Origin: a virus
Taxonomy: Duplodnaviria; Caudoviricetes
DNA length: 64,000 bases
Reading direction: 5' to 3' (one strand)
IMG/VR virus record: IMGVR_UViG_3300037312_001491
Coordinates: 24,096-88,095 of that record
In this document: piece by piece, positions 1 through 7,059 of the stretch
Position numbering within the stretch: position 1 is the stretch's first letter
How the letters are laid out: every line of letters starts with the position of its first letter
The notes under the pieces: generated by a model
The model's database searches: none
What the model saw: the letters and a program-made list of their open reading frames with translations, nothing else
What the model was told of the DNA's origin: nothing
Made by a program: the position numbers and the translations under genes

Positions 1-202
1 TGGTAGCGACGTCGGATGGGCAGCAGACGTTGGCGTCAGCGACGAAGAATAGACCGTCGGCGCAGTCAACGAGCACGCCGAGCCTCGGGAAGTGACCAGG
101 CTCGACGTCGCGCGAGTTCTTGATGGGAAGCATCGGCCAGCGCGGCCAGTCGGACGTATTCTGGACGCACCAGGCGAGAGATGGGATGGTCGGGCGGTTC
201 AT
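1..202 (-). CDS. hypothetical protein, partial (runs off window start)
   Basis: ATG at 202 overlaps the upstream stop; the frame MNRPTIPSLAWCVQNTSDWPRWPMLPIK... stays open to base 1; read manually, not in the ORF track. Confidence 0.7.
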   Translation of the reverse strand, partial: MNRPTIPSLAWCVQNTSDWPRWPMLPIKNSRDVEPGHFPRLGVLVDCADGLFFVADANVCCPSDVAT

Positions 203-651
203 GGGGTCTCCTTGAACAGGTCGGTGTAGTACGCGACGTCCTCGTCGGTGACGCTGGCGATGCCGCCCTCCTCGTCGACGCGGGCGATGAAGAAGTCACC
301 GCGGATGCGCCACTCCCCGGGCTCGCCTGGGCGCGCGAGGCGGCCGCCGTCCTCGTCGAACGCGTCAGCGTAGATGACGGTGAAGCCCTCGGGCGGCTCG
401 GGCACCGGCGGCGCAGCGATGATGCGGTTCATCGGCAAGCCGAGCAGGAGCCCCTCCTCGTTGCACCAGAGGTCGGTGCCGCGGCCGTCGAAGCCGCCGA
501 CGCACTCGACCAGGCCGCCGACGATCTTCTGCATTGCGGCGAGGTGGCCGTCGCGGTCGGGGTCGACCGGCAGCTCCTCGACGGTCGGGGGCTGGGCGAT
601 GCCGGTCTCCTTGTCGACGCGGCAGACGATGACGCGGACGGGCTCGCTCAC
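199..651 (-). CDS. DUF3846-like phage protein
   Basis: MQKIVGGLVECV...LWCNEEGLL..LPMNR...IRGDFFI pattern typical of DUF3846; GTGA overlap with the upstream gene. Confidence 0.7.
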   Translation of the reverse strand: MSEPVRVIVCRVDKETGIAQPPTVEELPVDPDRDGHLAAMQKIVGGLVECVGGFDGRGTDLWCNEEGLLLGLPMNRIIAAPPVPEPPEGFTVIYADAFDEDGGRLARPGEPGEWRIRGDFFIARVDEEGGIASVTDEDVAYYTDLFKETP

Positions 652-974
652 TGGGCACCTCGCAGTTCGAGTTCCTTGCGGAGCGCCTCGGGCCGCGGCA
701 CGGGGCCGTGCACGATGGTCGCGCGGTCGATGCCGGCGGTCACGTCGAGCACGAGCCAGTTGCGCTGCTGCCCCCAGCGGCCGCCGGGGTTGCCGTCCTT
801 GTCGGACGGCCAGATGGTGTAGATGCGCTTCGCCGGCGTGATGGTGTATGGCTCGCCGCGGTCAACGTCGGCGATGGCCTTGGCGTCGACGCTGCGTGCC
901 GCCTCGACGACCTCGGCCCGTGAGAAGCGGCGGAGGCGCCCGGCGGCGTCGTTGCGTTTGAGTTGCGGTTTCAC
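648..974 (-). CDS. hypothetical protein (108 aa)
   Basis: GTG start at 974 with GGAGG RBS; coupled stops/starts on both sides. Confidence 0.7.
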   Translation of the reverse strand: MKPQLKRNDAAGRLRRFSRAEVVEAARSVDAKAIADVDRGEPYTITPAKRIYTIWPSDKDGNPGGRWGQQRNWLVLDVTAGIDRATIVHGPVPRPEALRKELELRGAQ

Positions 975-1792
975 GATGCCTCCGAAGGTAGCTCCGCCGC
1001 GGGCGCTTCGCAAGGGGTAATCGTAGTGGTCGGCCCCTCGGGCACGGCGCCGGCCTCGGGACCGAGCCAGCGGCGCACGACCTCGGTGCACGCCTTGTGG
1101 TACTCGAACCGGTCCCCGGTGCAGACGGGCCGCTCGCCGGTGACTTCCTCGACAGCATCGGCGAAGCACGCACGCCAGGCGGGGCCGTGGCCGCGGTCGT
1201 CGGCGGTCGCGACGTGGGCGATCTCGTGGAGGATGGTCGCGAGGGCGTCGGCGTAGTCGGTGCCGGCCGTGACGACGAAGCGGCGCTGGCGGTACCACGC
1301 GTGGCCAGTCGACCACGTCTGGCGCTTGTACTTCGTCGTGACCTCTTCGTAGTACACGTCGCCGAGCACCTGGCCGGGCTTGGGCTTCTCCTCGACGCGC
1401 TGGAGCGTCTTGCGCACGCGCTGCCCGGCGAGCCGGATCTGGAACTGCACCGGACGTAGCCGGATGCCGCGGTCGGTGAACCACGAGCTGTTCAGGCCGT
1501 CCTTGAACGCGTCGAGCTTGAGCCACTCGCGGCACTTCGCTTCGAGCCGACCGCGCTCGGTCTGCTCGTGCGCCGTCGCCTTCGCGGCCGCGCGGTCCTT
1601 CGCCTTGATCTCGGCGGCTTTGCGCTCGGCCTCGCGGCGCTCGCGTTCGGCAGCCGCGCTCGGGCACACGCGTTCGACGAGCTTGCCGGTCTTGCCTGAG
1701 CACGTCAGGCAATAGCGGAGCGCGTTGTCGCGTCGCATGCGCGCGGGCGCGCGCTTGCCGTCATCGCACAGGGGACAGCGCCAGATCTTCAC
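971..1792 (-). CDS. SprT-like HExxH metalloprotease with N-terminal Cys motifs
   Basis: CPLC...CLTC at N-terminus; TILHEIAH...HGPAW..C near C-terminus; GTG start 1792 overlapping the upstream stop. Confidence 0.6.
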   Translation of the reverse strand: MKIWRCPLCDDGKRAPARMRRDNALRYCLTCSGKTGKLVERVCPSAAAERERREAERKAAEIKAKDRAAAKATAHEQTERGRLEAKCREWLKLDAFKDGLNSSWFTDRGIRLRPVQFQIRLAGQRVRKTLQRVEEKPKPGQVLGDVYYEEVTTKYKRQTWSTGHAWYRQRRFVVTAGTDYADALATILHEIAHVATADDRGHGPAWRACFADAVEEVTGERPVCTGDRFEYHKACTEVVRRWLGPEAGAVPEGPTTTITPCEAPAAELPSEAS

Positions 1793-2094
1793 TCCGCCCT
1801 CGCCTTCTCCGCCGCGACGCGAGCCTTCGCGGCGATGCGTTCGAGTACCGGGACGTCGTTGGCCTCGCCGAACTTCTGTGCGACCGCGATGAGGGACTCG
1901 GCCTCCTCGGCGAGGCGGCTTGCGAGGTACGCGAACCACTCGGCATCCGTCTCGCAGTAGCGCGGGCGGATGCTGCCACGGCGGAGCGCGCCGGTGGACG
2001 CGATGGCGTAGAGCATGCTGCTCTGGCCGCCGTGCCACTGCTCGGCGACGGTCAGTTCGTCGGCGTCAAACTCGATAACGTATGGGTCGGTCAT
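1789..2094 (-). CDS. hypothetical protein (101 aa)
   Basis: ATG 2094 preceded by AAGGAGG; GC3-rich codons. Confidence 0.7.
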   Translation of the reverse strand: MTDPYVIEFDADELTVAEQWHGGQSSMLYAIASTGALRRGSIRPRYCETDAEWFAYLASRLAEEAESLIAVAQKFGEANDVPVLERIAAKARVAAEKARAE

Positions 2095-2096
2095 TG

Positions 2097-2459
2097 TCAG
2101 GCCCTCCTTGAGATGCGCGGATAGGCGAGCGCGTAGACGCGATCGTGTTCGGCGACCCCGCCGCGCCGCCACGCGAGCACGAGACACTCGATCTTGGACA
2201 GATTCAGACGCCCCCACGACTTGTCCATCGCATTCTCGCGACGACAGTCGCGAACGCAGGCGCGGATGTTGCCGATGAGCTGGTTGAACTGGTGAACCGG
2301 ATGCCCGTACAGCTGCCAGTTCTCGAACGCCTTTTTGTGGTCGACGGGCGGGCGGCGCGCCTGGAGGTCGAGCACGTCGGCTTCGAGCAGCCCGGCGCGG
2401 ACGGCGAGCGATAGGTGCTCGCGACCGGATTCGGTGATGAGATTGGGGTTTGGATTCAT
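2097..2459 (-). CDS. hypothetical protein (120 aa)
   Basis: ATG 2459 with GGAGGAG RBS. Confidence 0.65.
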   Translation of the reverse strand: MNPNPNLITESGREHLSLAVRAGLLEADVLDLQARRPPVDHKKAFENWQLYGHPVHQFNQLIGNIRACVRDCRRENAMDKSWGRLNLSKIECLVLAWRRGGVAEHDRVYALAYPRISRRA

Positions 2460-2668
2460 CGCTCCTCCACGACTGTTACGACGCGCGGGCAGTGCCCGCT
2501 CTGACAGAGCTTGCGATAGACGGTGTCGAGTTTCGTCGTACAGGACAAGAACAGCTGCGCCCCCGCCAGGCTCCACGCCGTCAGCACGCGGCCGCCCTTG
2601 CCGTGCCGAACGAAGTATCGGTCGCCTACCTTGATGGCGAGGCAGCGGTCGTTTGTCAAGTCCATCAT
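2456..2668 (-). CDS. hypothetical protein (70 aa)
   Basis: ORF track; overlapping start/stop with neighbours. Confidence 0.65.
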   Translation of the reverse strand: MMDLTNDRCLAIKVGDRYFVRHGKGGRVLTAWSLAGAQLFLSCTTKLDTVYRKLCQSGHCPRVVTVVEER

Positions 2669-3000
2669 GTAGCCTCTTTGAGCCTCTTGAGGACAATCTC
2701 ACGCCAGCCGTGGAGGATCTCGTCGCGGACGTCGGAGTCAACGCCGTCGAACAGGCTGCGGCAGTCGGTGTCGCGCTCGATGTCGCCGACGATGTCAGTG
2801 GCGACGCGCGCGACCTTGCCGGCGACGAGTGCGTGGCGCACGTCCCATTCCGGGTCGAGCGTTGCGATGAGCGCCGAGACGTCGGCCCACAGGGCCTTCG
2901 CCGCGGTCGTCATCTCGCCGTGCTCGCACGCCGCGCGCAGCCGCGCCATCGAGCGCCGCGCCTCGTAGAATGCTTCCTGTTGTTCGTGGCTCATCTTCAT
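2665..3000 (-). CDS. hypothetical protein (111 aa)
   Basis: ATG 3000 (MKMSHEQQEAF), GGAGG upstream. Confidence 0.7.
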   Translation of the reverse strand: MKMSHEQQEAFYEARRSMARLRAACEHGEMTTAAKALWADVSALIATLDPEWDVRHALVAGKVARVATDIVGDIERDTDCRSLFDGVDSDVRDEILHGWREIVLKRLKEAT

Positions 3001-3002
3001 GG

Positions 3003-3326
3003 TCAGCCCGCCTCCGGGGGCACGGGGATCGCTTCGCCGTCCTTGATGCCGAGCGCCTTGCGCCACGCGCGGACGGTGCGGCGGACGGCGGACACCTCGG
3101 TCTTGTCCTGGTCGGGCGCCCACGCGGTCGGGCACGACTCCAGGTAGTAGAGCGCGCCGAGCGCGTGCTTGCGATCGATCTCGGTCACGACCTTGTAGTG
3201 CGCGACGCCGCGGTTGTCAGTGCGGACGTAGATGCGGTCGAGGTGATCGATGGCGCCCTGGTGGGCATCCATGCCGGCGGCGACGCACGCGAGGCCGCCG
3301 AGGCGGAGACGGATGGGGGTGCTCAC
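3003..3326 (-). CDS. hypothetical protein (107 aa)
   Basis: ORF track; GTGA coupling with the upstream gene. Confidence 0.7.
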   Translation of the reverse strand: MSTPIRLRLGGLACVAAGMDAHQGAIDHLDRIYVRTDNRGVAHYKVVTEIDRKHALGALYYLESCPTAWAPDQDKTEVSAVRRTVRAWRKALGIKDGEAIPVPPEAG

Positions 3327-4975
3327 GACGCCACCGCCTCACCAGCCGCCTCGGCCTTCGCCGCGTCCTTGAGCAGGTCGCGCTCCAGCTCCTCCCAGAT
3401 CAGCTCGAACCGCTTGACCGTGCCGAGGCCGTCGTCGATGAGGCCGTCCAGCTCCTCGGTGGCCTTGGCGATCTTCGCCTTGACCTCCTTGACCATCGTC
3501 TCGCCGAGCAGGTGGCCGAACGCGAGCGCCTTCGCGCCGTGGTCCTTGAAGCGGCGGAGGTACGTGATGGCCGCCTTCTCGCCGACCTTGCCGCCGACGC
3601 ACTTGCTGCCGTCCTTCGCCAGCTCACGGAGTGTGTCGTCGACCTCGGACGCGAGGCCCTTCGCGATGCCGCGGGCGAGCTGCTCGCTCGTCGCGATCGG
3701 GGTGGGCGGGTCCATCCAGTCGGTGCCCCACGCCGGCGCGAACGCCGCGATGATTTTCTCGGCCGCGCCGCGGGTCGCCACGGGGACGTACCAGCATCCG
3801 CCATACTTCACGCCACCGAGGTGGTCGCGGAGCACGCCGCCGAGCCAGGTCGTGACGTGACCGGCCTGGAGGACCTCGCGGCTGGTCAGGTCCGCGAACA
3901 CCGCGGCAACCTTGGTCGCGATTTCGTCCGAGCCCGCGAACGTCAGCGTGCCCTCGTTCAGGGTGACGACCGTGACGATCGAGCCGGCACTCTCACCGGC
4001 ATCTGTGCCGGCCGTGCTCGGGTCCGCAATGCGCCAGCGGGCGTCGTACGCCGCGCCGGCATCCTTGTGGGTCTTCTTCTCGCGAGTCGCGACAAACTTG
4101 AACTCGCGCGCCACCGCGTTGACCGCGTGGTTGGCCTGGGTCTCGGCGGACTTCGCCTTGGGTAGCCACGCGTCCGGGATCTCGGCGGTCGCCGCCAGCT
4201 CACGGATCTTCGCGAGGGTGAGCGACTTCTCGCCGTTCCAGTGGGTGAGGATGCCGTTGCCCTCGGCGACGGCGCCAGCGACCACGTTGCCGTGCGTCAG
4301 CCGCACGCGGCTGGTGTCGTCATCGGCAATGATCTTGAGGCCATCGGGGGTGCCGTTCGCCTGGCGGGCCTTCGCCGCCTTGATCGCCGCGGAGTGCGCC
4401 TTGATGGCTGCGACGGCCGCATCGGTGTCGCCATCGTGGAGCTGCACGCCCGCGCCGACCGGCAGGGCCGAGCCGACGATGAGGTTGACGGGAAGCTGGT
4501 TGACCGCCTCGCGGGTGTAACCGTAGCTGCTCACCAGGATGTTCTTGTACTGCTCGGCCGTCTCGGCCTTCACACCGTTCGCGAGCGCCTGGACGTAGCC
4601 CTCGGCGCTGTTGAACCCGACGTAGCGCCGGGCGCCCTCGTTCAGGCTGCCACTCGACACCGCGCCAGCGTTGGCCGCGGAGTCCGCGAGCACGCCAGCG
4701 AAGTCCTGCGCCGGCTGGGCCGAGGTCGGGACGACCGCGCGGTCCTCGTAGCAGGCGCGGCAGACGCCCTCGTCGTTGACGGCGCCCTCGGCGCCGCAGT
4801 CGATGCACTTGGGGTGCTTGACGTCGTCGCACAGGTCGAGCTGCGGGGCGGTGTCGTACGGGACCGGCGCGACTGCGGCCTTGGCCGCCGGGCGGTCCAG
4901 GTCGAGTTCGAGCAGGTCAGCGAAACCGGGTTCAGAAGTGGTGTCGGTGGTGTCAGCCATTTGCGTGCCCTCCAT
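3323..4975 (-). CDS. large hypothetical protein with N-terminal Cys cluster; C-terminal half possibly DUF6744-like
   Basis: 550 aa ORF, CIDC...CRAC; start 4975 (leaderless) or 4960 (GGAGG RBS); domain assignment weak. Confidence 0.6.
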   Translation of the reverse strand: MEGTQMADTTDTTSEPGFADLLELDLDRPAAKAAVAPVPYDTAPQLDLCDDVKHPKCIDCGAEGAVNDEGVCRACYEDRAVVPTSAQPAQDFAGVLADSAANAGAVSSGSLNEGARRYVGFNSAEGYVQALANGVKAETAEQYKNILVSSYGYTREAVNQLPVNLIVGSALPVGAGVQLHDGDTDAAVAAIKAHSAAIKAAKARQANGTPDGLKIIADDDTSRVRLTHGNVVAGAVAEGNGILTHWNGEKSLTLAKIRELAATAEIPDAWLPKAKSAETQANHAVNAVAREFKFVATREKKTHKDAGAAYDARWRIADPSTAGTDAGESAGSIVTVVTLNEGTLTFAGSDEIATKVAAVFADLTSREVLQAGHVTTWLGGVLRDHLGGVKYGGCWYVPVATRGAAEKIIAAFAPAWGTDWMDPPTPIATSEQLARGIAKGLASEVDDTLRELAKDGSKCVGGKVGEKAAITYLRRFKDHGAKALAFGHLLGETMVKEVKAKIAKATEELDGLIDDGLGTVKRFELIWEELERDLLKDAAKAEAAGEAVAS

Positions 4976-4981
4976 GCCTTC

Positions 4982-5009
4982 AACCTGCGTACGCAGGGGA
5001 TTTCGTCAA
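4982..5009 (-). promoter_or_regulatory. sigma70-like promoter with 14-bp palindrome
   Basis: TTGACG-16-CAGGTT, ATG 6 nt downstream; perfect palindrome CCTGCGTACGCAGG at 4984-4997. Confidence 0.65.
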
Positions 5010-5016
5010 GGTGTAA

Positions 5017-5343
5017 TCAGAGCATCTCGATGGCAGCGTACCGGGCCGCCTGCTCACGCCCGAGGAGGTCCTCGGCCCGGCCCTCGATGACCTGGCGGAC
5101 GGCCTTGATGGCCGCGTCGCCCTGCTTCGTGCCGGCGACGGCGTAGCCCAGCCAGTCCTCCGCGGTGACGCTGGAGTGGTCCTCGCCGGGGCACATGGTG
5201 TACATCTCGACCTTGCCGGAGGTCGGCAGGTCCTCGCGCCAGAAGCGGCGGAGGCGGTGCGGGATGCCCATGATGACGGTGTCGACGACCGTCATGGTCG
5301 CCTTGCAGCCGTACTGGGCCGAGAGATCGATGTGCTTGTTCAT
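5017..5343 (-). CDS. hypothetical protein (108 aa)
   Basis: ATG 5343 directly downstream of a promoter. Confidence 0.7.
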   Translation of the reverse strand: MNKHIDLSAQYGCKATMTVVDTVIMGIPHRLRRFWREDLPTSGKVEMYTMCPGEDHSSVTAEDWLGYAVAGTKQGDAAIKAVRQVIEGRAEDLLGREQAARYAAIEML

Positions 5344-5350
5344 GGACTCC

Positions 5351-5379
5351 AACCTACGCACGCAGGGGGGTCGTGTCAA
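5351..5379 (-). promoter_or_regulatory. sigma70-like promoter (leftward of divergent pair)
   Basis: TTGACA-17-TAGGTT, ATG 7 nt downstream. Confidence 0.75.
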
Positions 5380-5420
5380 GGGCTATTACAACTAGCTGAT
5401 TCCCTTAGTGCAAATAGCCC

Positions 5421-5449
5421 TTGACGAGGAACCCTAGCATCCTTATGAT
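5421..5449 (+). promoter_or_regulatory. sigma70-like promoter (rightward of divergent pair)
   Basis: TTGACG-17-TATGAT, ATG 7 nt downstream at 5457. Confidence 0.75.
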
Positions 5450-5456
5450 GTTGGGC

Positions 5457-5648
5457 ATGAGGAACTGGATCGTCGAGGTCAAGGACAACGCGGGCCGCTG
5501 GTACCAGACCGGCGCCAGCCGCTACACGCAGGAGGACGCGCGCGAGTACGCGCGCTACTGCCGCCTGCGGATGGTCGGCCGGGTCACGGGTGCCATCCCG
5601 GGCTACGGGGTCGCCGAAGACGTCCGGGCAAAGGAGGTCACATGCTGA
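5457..5648 (+). CDS. hypothetical protein (63 aa)
   Basis: MRNWIVEVKDNAGRWYQTGASRY...; first gene of the rightward early operon. Confidence 0.65.
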   Translation: MRNWIVEVKDNAGRWYQTGASRYTQEDAREYARYCRLRMVGRVTGAIPGYGVAEDVRAKEVTC

Positions 5649-5749
5649 TTCACGGAATTTTCGCCATGGGTTGCGTATTCTTTTCCGGCGTCGCGGCGCT
5701 CGTGGTGGCCGGCTGGGGGACCTTCCGTTCCCCGAAGGAGGATGCATGA
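5642..5749 (+). CDS. small membrane peptide (35 aa)
   Basis: GGAGG RBS, MLIHGIFAMGCVFFSGVAALVVAGWG hydrophobic stretch, ATGA coupling to the next gene; below ORF-track cutoff. Confidence 0.55.
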   Translation: MLIHGIFAMGCVFFSGVAALVVAGWGTFRSPKEDA

Positions 5750-6012
5750 ACAAGACGATGAAGGAACTCGCCAGGGAGGCGCTCGCCGTCCAGGACGCGT
5801 GCAACCTCTCGGGCGTCGCGCACGGGTTCGCCCGCGCGCTCGGCGAGCTGCGCACGCTGCTGCCGAACGCCGGCACGGACGCCATCAACCGCCACCCCGT
5901 GGCCCTGCTGTGGGCCGACAAGATCGCGCACCTGACTGGCACGCAGGACCTCGGCAACAGCGAGGTGATGAAGGCGTACAGCTGGGCGCACGACGAGGTG
6001 AAGAAGTGCTGA
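5746..6012 (+). CDS. hypothetical protein (88 aa)
   Basis: GGAGG RBS; MNKTMKELAREALAVQDACNLSG... Confidence 0.7.
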   Translation: MNKTMKELAREALAVQDACNLSGVAHGFARALGELRTLLPNAGTDAINRHPVALLWADKIAHLTGTQDLGNSEVMKAYSWAHDEVKKC

Positions 6013-6257
6013 CCGGCGAGAACATCACGGATCGGCAGATCCGCGAGCTGCGGATGGCGGCTGTCAGGGCCGACGACTGGCAACTCGTCAGCACCTGCAC
6101 GGCGGCGCTCAAGGTCATGTCGAAGTCGGACCAGCGGTGGCTGCTGGAGCCGTACCGCACGCCGGCGCTCAAGGTCGACGCGCTCGCCAAGGAGGCGCGT
6201 GCCAAGTGCGCTGACGTCTACAACGGGCTCGCCAAAGCCGTCGCGGGGGTCAAGTGA
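6006..6257 (+). CDS. hypothetical protein (83 aa)
   Basis: GTG start at 6006 after GAGG; GC3-rich. Confidence 0.6.
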   Translation: MLTGENITDRQIRELRMAAVRADDWQLVSTCTAALKVMSKSDQRWLLEPYRTPALKVDALAKEARAKCADVYNGLAKAVAGVK

Positions 6258-6574
6258 GACCCGCGCTCCACCCCGTCACCTCGCCGAACTCGCCGGGCTC
6301 CGGCGGGCTGTGGCGCTCGCGCTTCGAGCGTGACGCGCGCCGCGTTGGCGAGGAGCACCCCGCGTCGCAGGCAGCGCTCGGGCGCTGGCATGGGCACACC
6401 CAGGCCGTCGTCCCGGCGTTCAACGCGACCGGGCCGGCTGCGGTTGCGTGGTTCCGCGTCACCGGTGCTCGCGCTGGGTACATGAACCGCCACGAGCGTC
6501 GCGCTCGCCGCCGGCTGGCACAATCCAAAAAGAACTTGACAGATCTCGACCAGGGAATCACCCTGGCTGCGTAG
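6254..6574 (+). CDS. hypothetical protein (106 aa)
   Basis: ORF track; GTGA coupling. Confidence 0.45.
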   Translation: MRPALHPVTSPNSPGSGGLWRSRFERDARRVGEEHPASQAALGRWHGHTQAVVPAFNATGPAAVAWFRVTGARAGYMNRHERRARRRLAQSKKNLTDLDQGITLAA

Positions 6575-6588
6575 GAAGGAACCCACCC

Positions 6589-7059
6589 ATGACCAAGACC
6601 CAGACCACGCGCGTCGCTGACGCGTCCCCCGCCCCGAAGGGCGGCGTGACCATCTTCTCTGCGAAGGACGCGGCCGCGGCCGCGCGTCCGTTCATGCGGC
6701 TCGACGAGCAGGAGACTCTCGTCGTGCTGCACCTCGACGTGCACAACAAGGTGATCGGGGATCCGCGCATCGCGGCCATCGGCACCATGACGAGCGTCGA
6801 GTGTCACCCACGCGACGTGTTCCGTGCCGCCATCGCGACCAACGCGGCCGCTGTCGTCGTGCTCCACAACCACCCGGTCGGCGACCCGACGCCGAGCGAC
6901 GCGGACATCGGCGTCACCCAGCGGCTCCTCGCCGCGGGCATCGCGCTCGGTATTCCGGTCCTCGACCATGTAGTCGTGACGGCCGACAACCACGTGTCGA
7001 TCCGCGAGCAGGGCGGTGGCGGTGTGGCCTACGAGCGCGTGCCGGAGGTGACGCTGTGA
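6589..7059 (+). CDS. radC: RadC-family JAB/MPN domain protein
   Basis: E..VVLHLD..NKVI, HPRDVF, LHNHPVGDPTPSDAD, LDHVVV signature. Confidence 0.9.
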   Translation: MTKTQTTRVADASPAPKGGVTIFSAKDAAAAARPFMRLDEQETLVVLHLDVHNKVIGDPRIAAIGTMTSVECHPRDVFRAAIATNAAAVVVLHNHPVGDPTPSDADIGVTQRLLAAGIALGIPVLDHVVVTADNHVSIREQGGGGVAYERVPEVTL

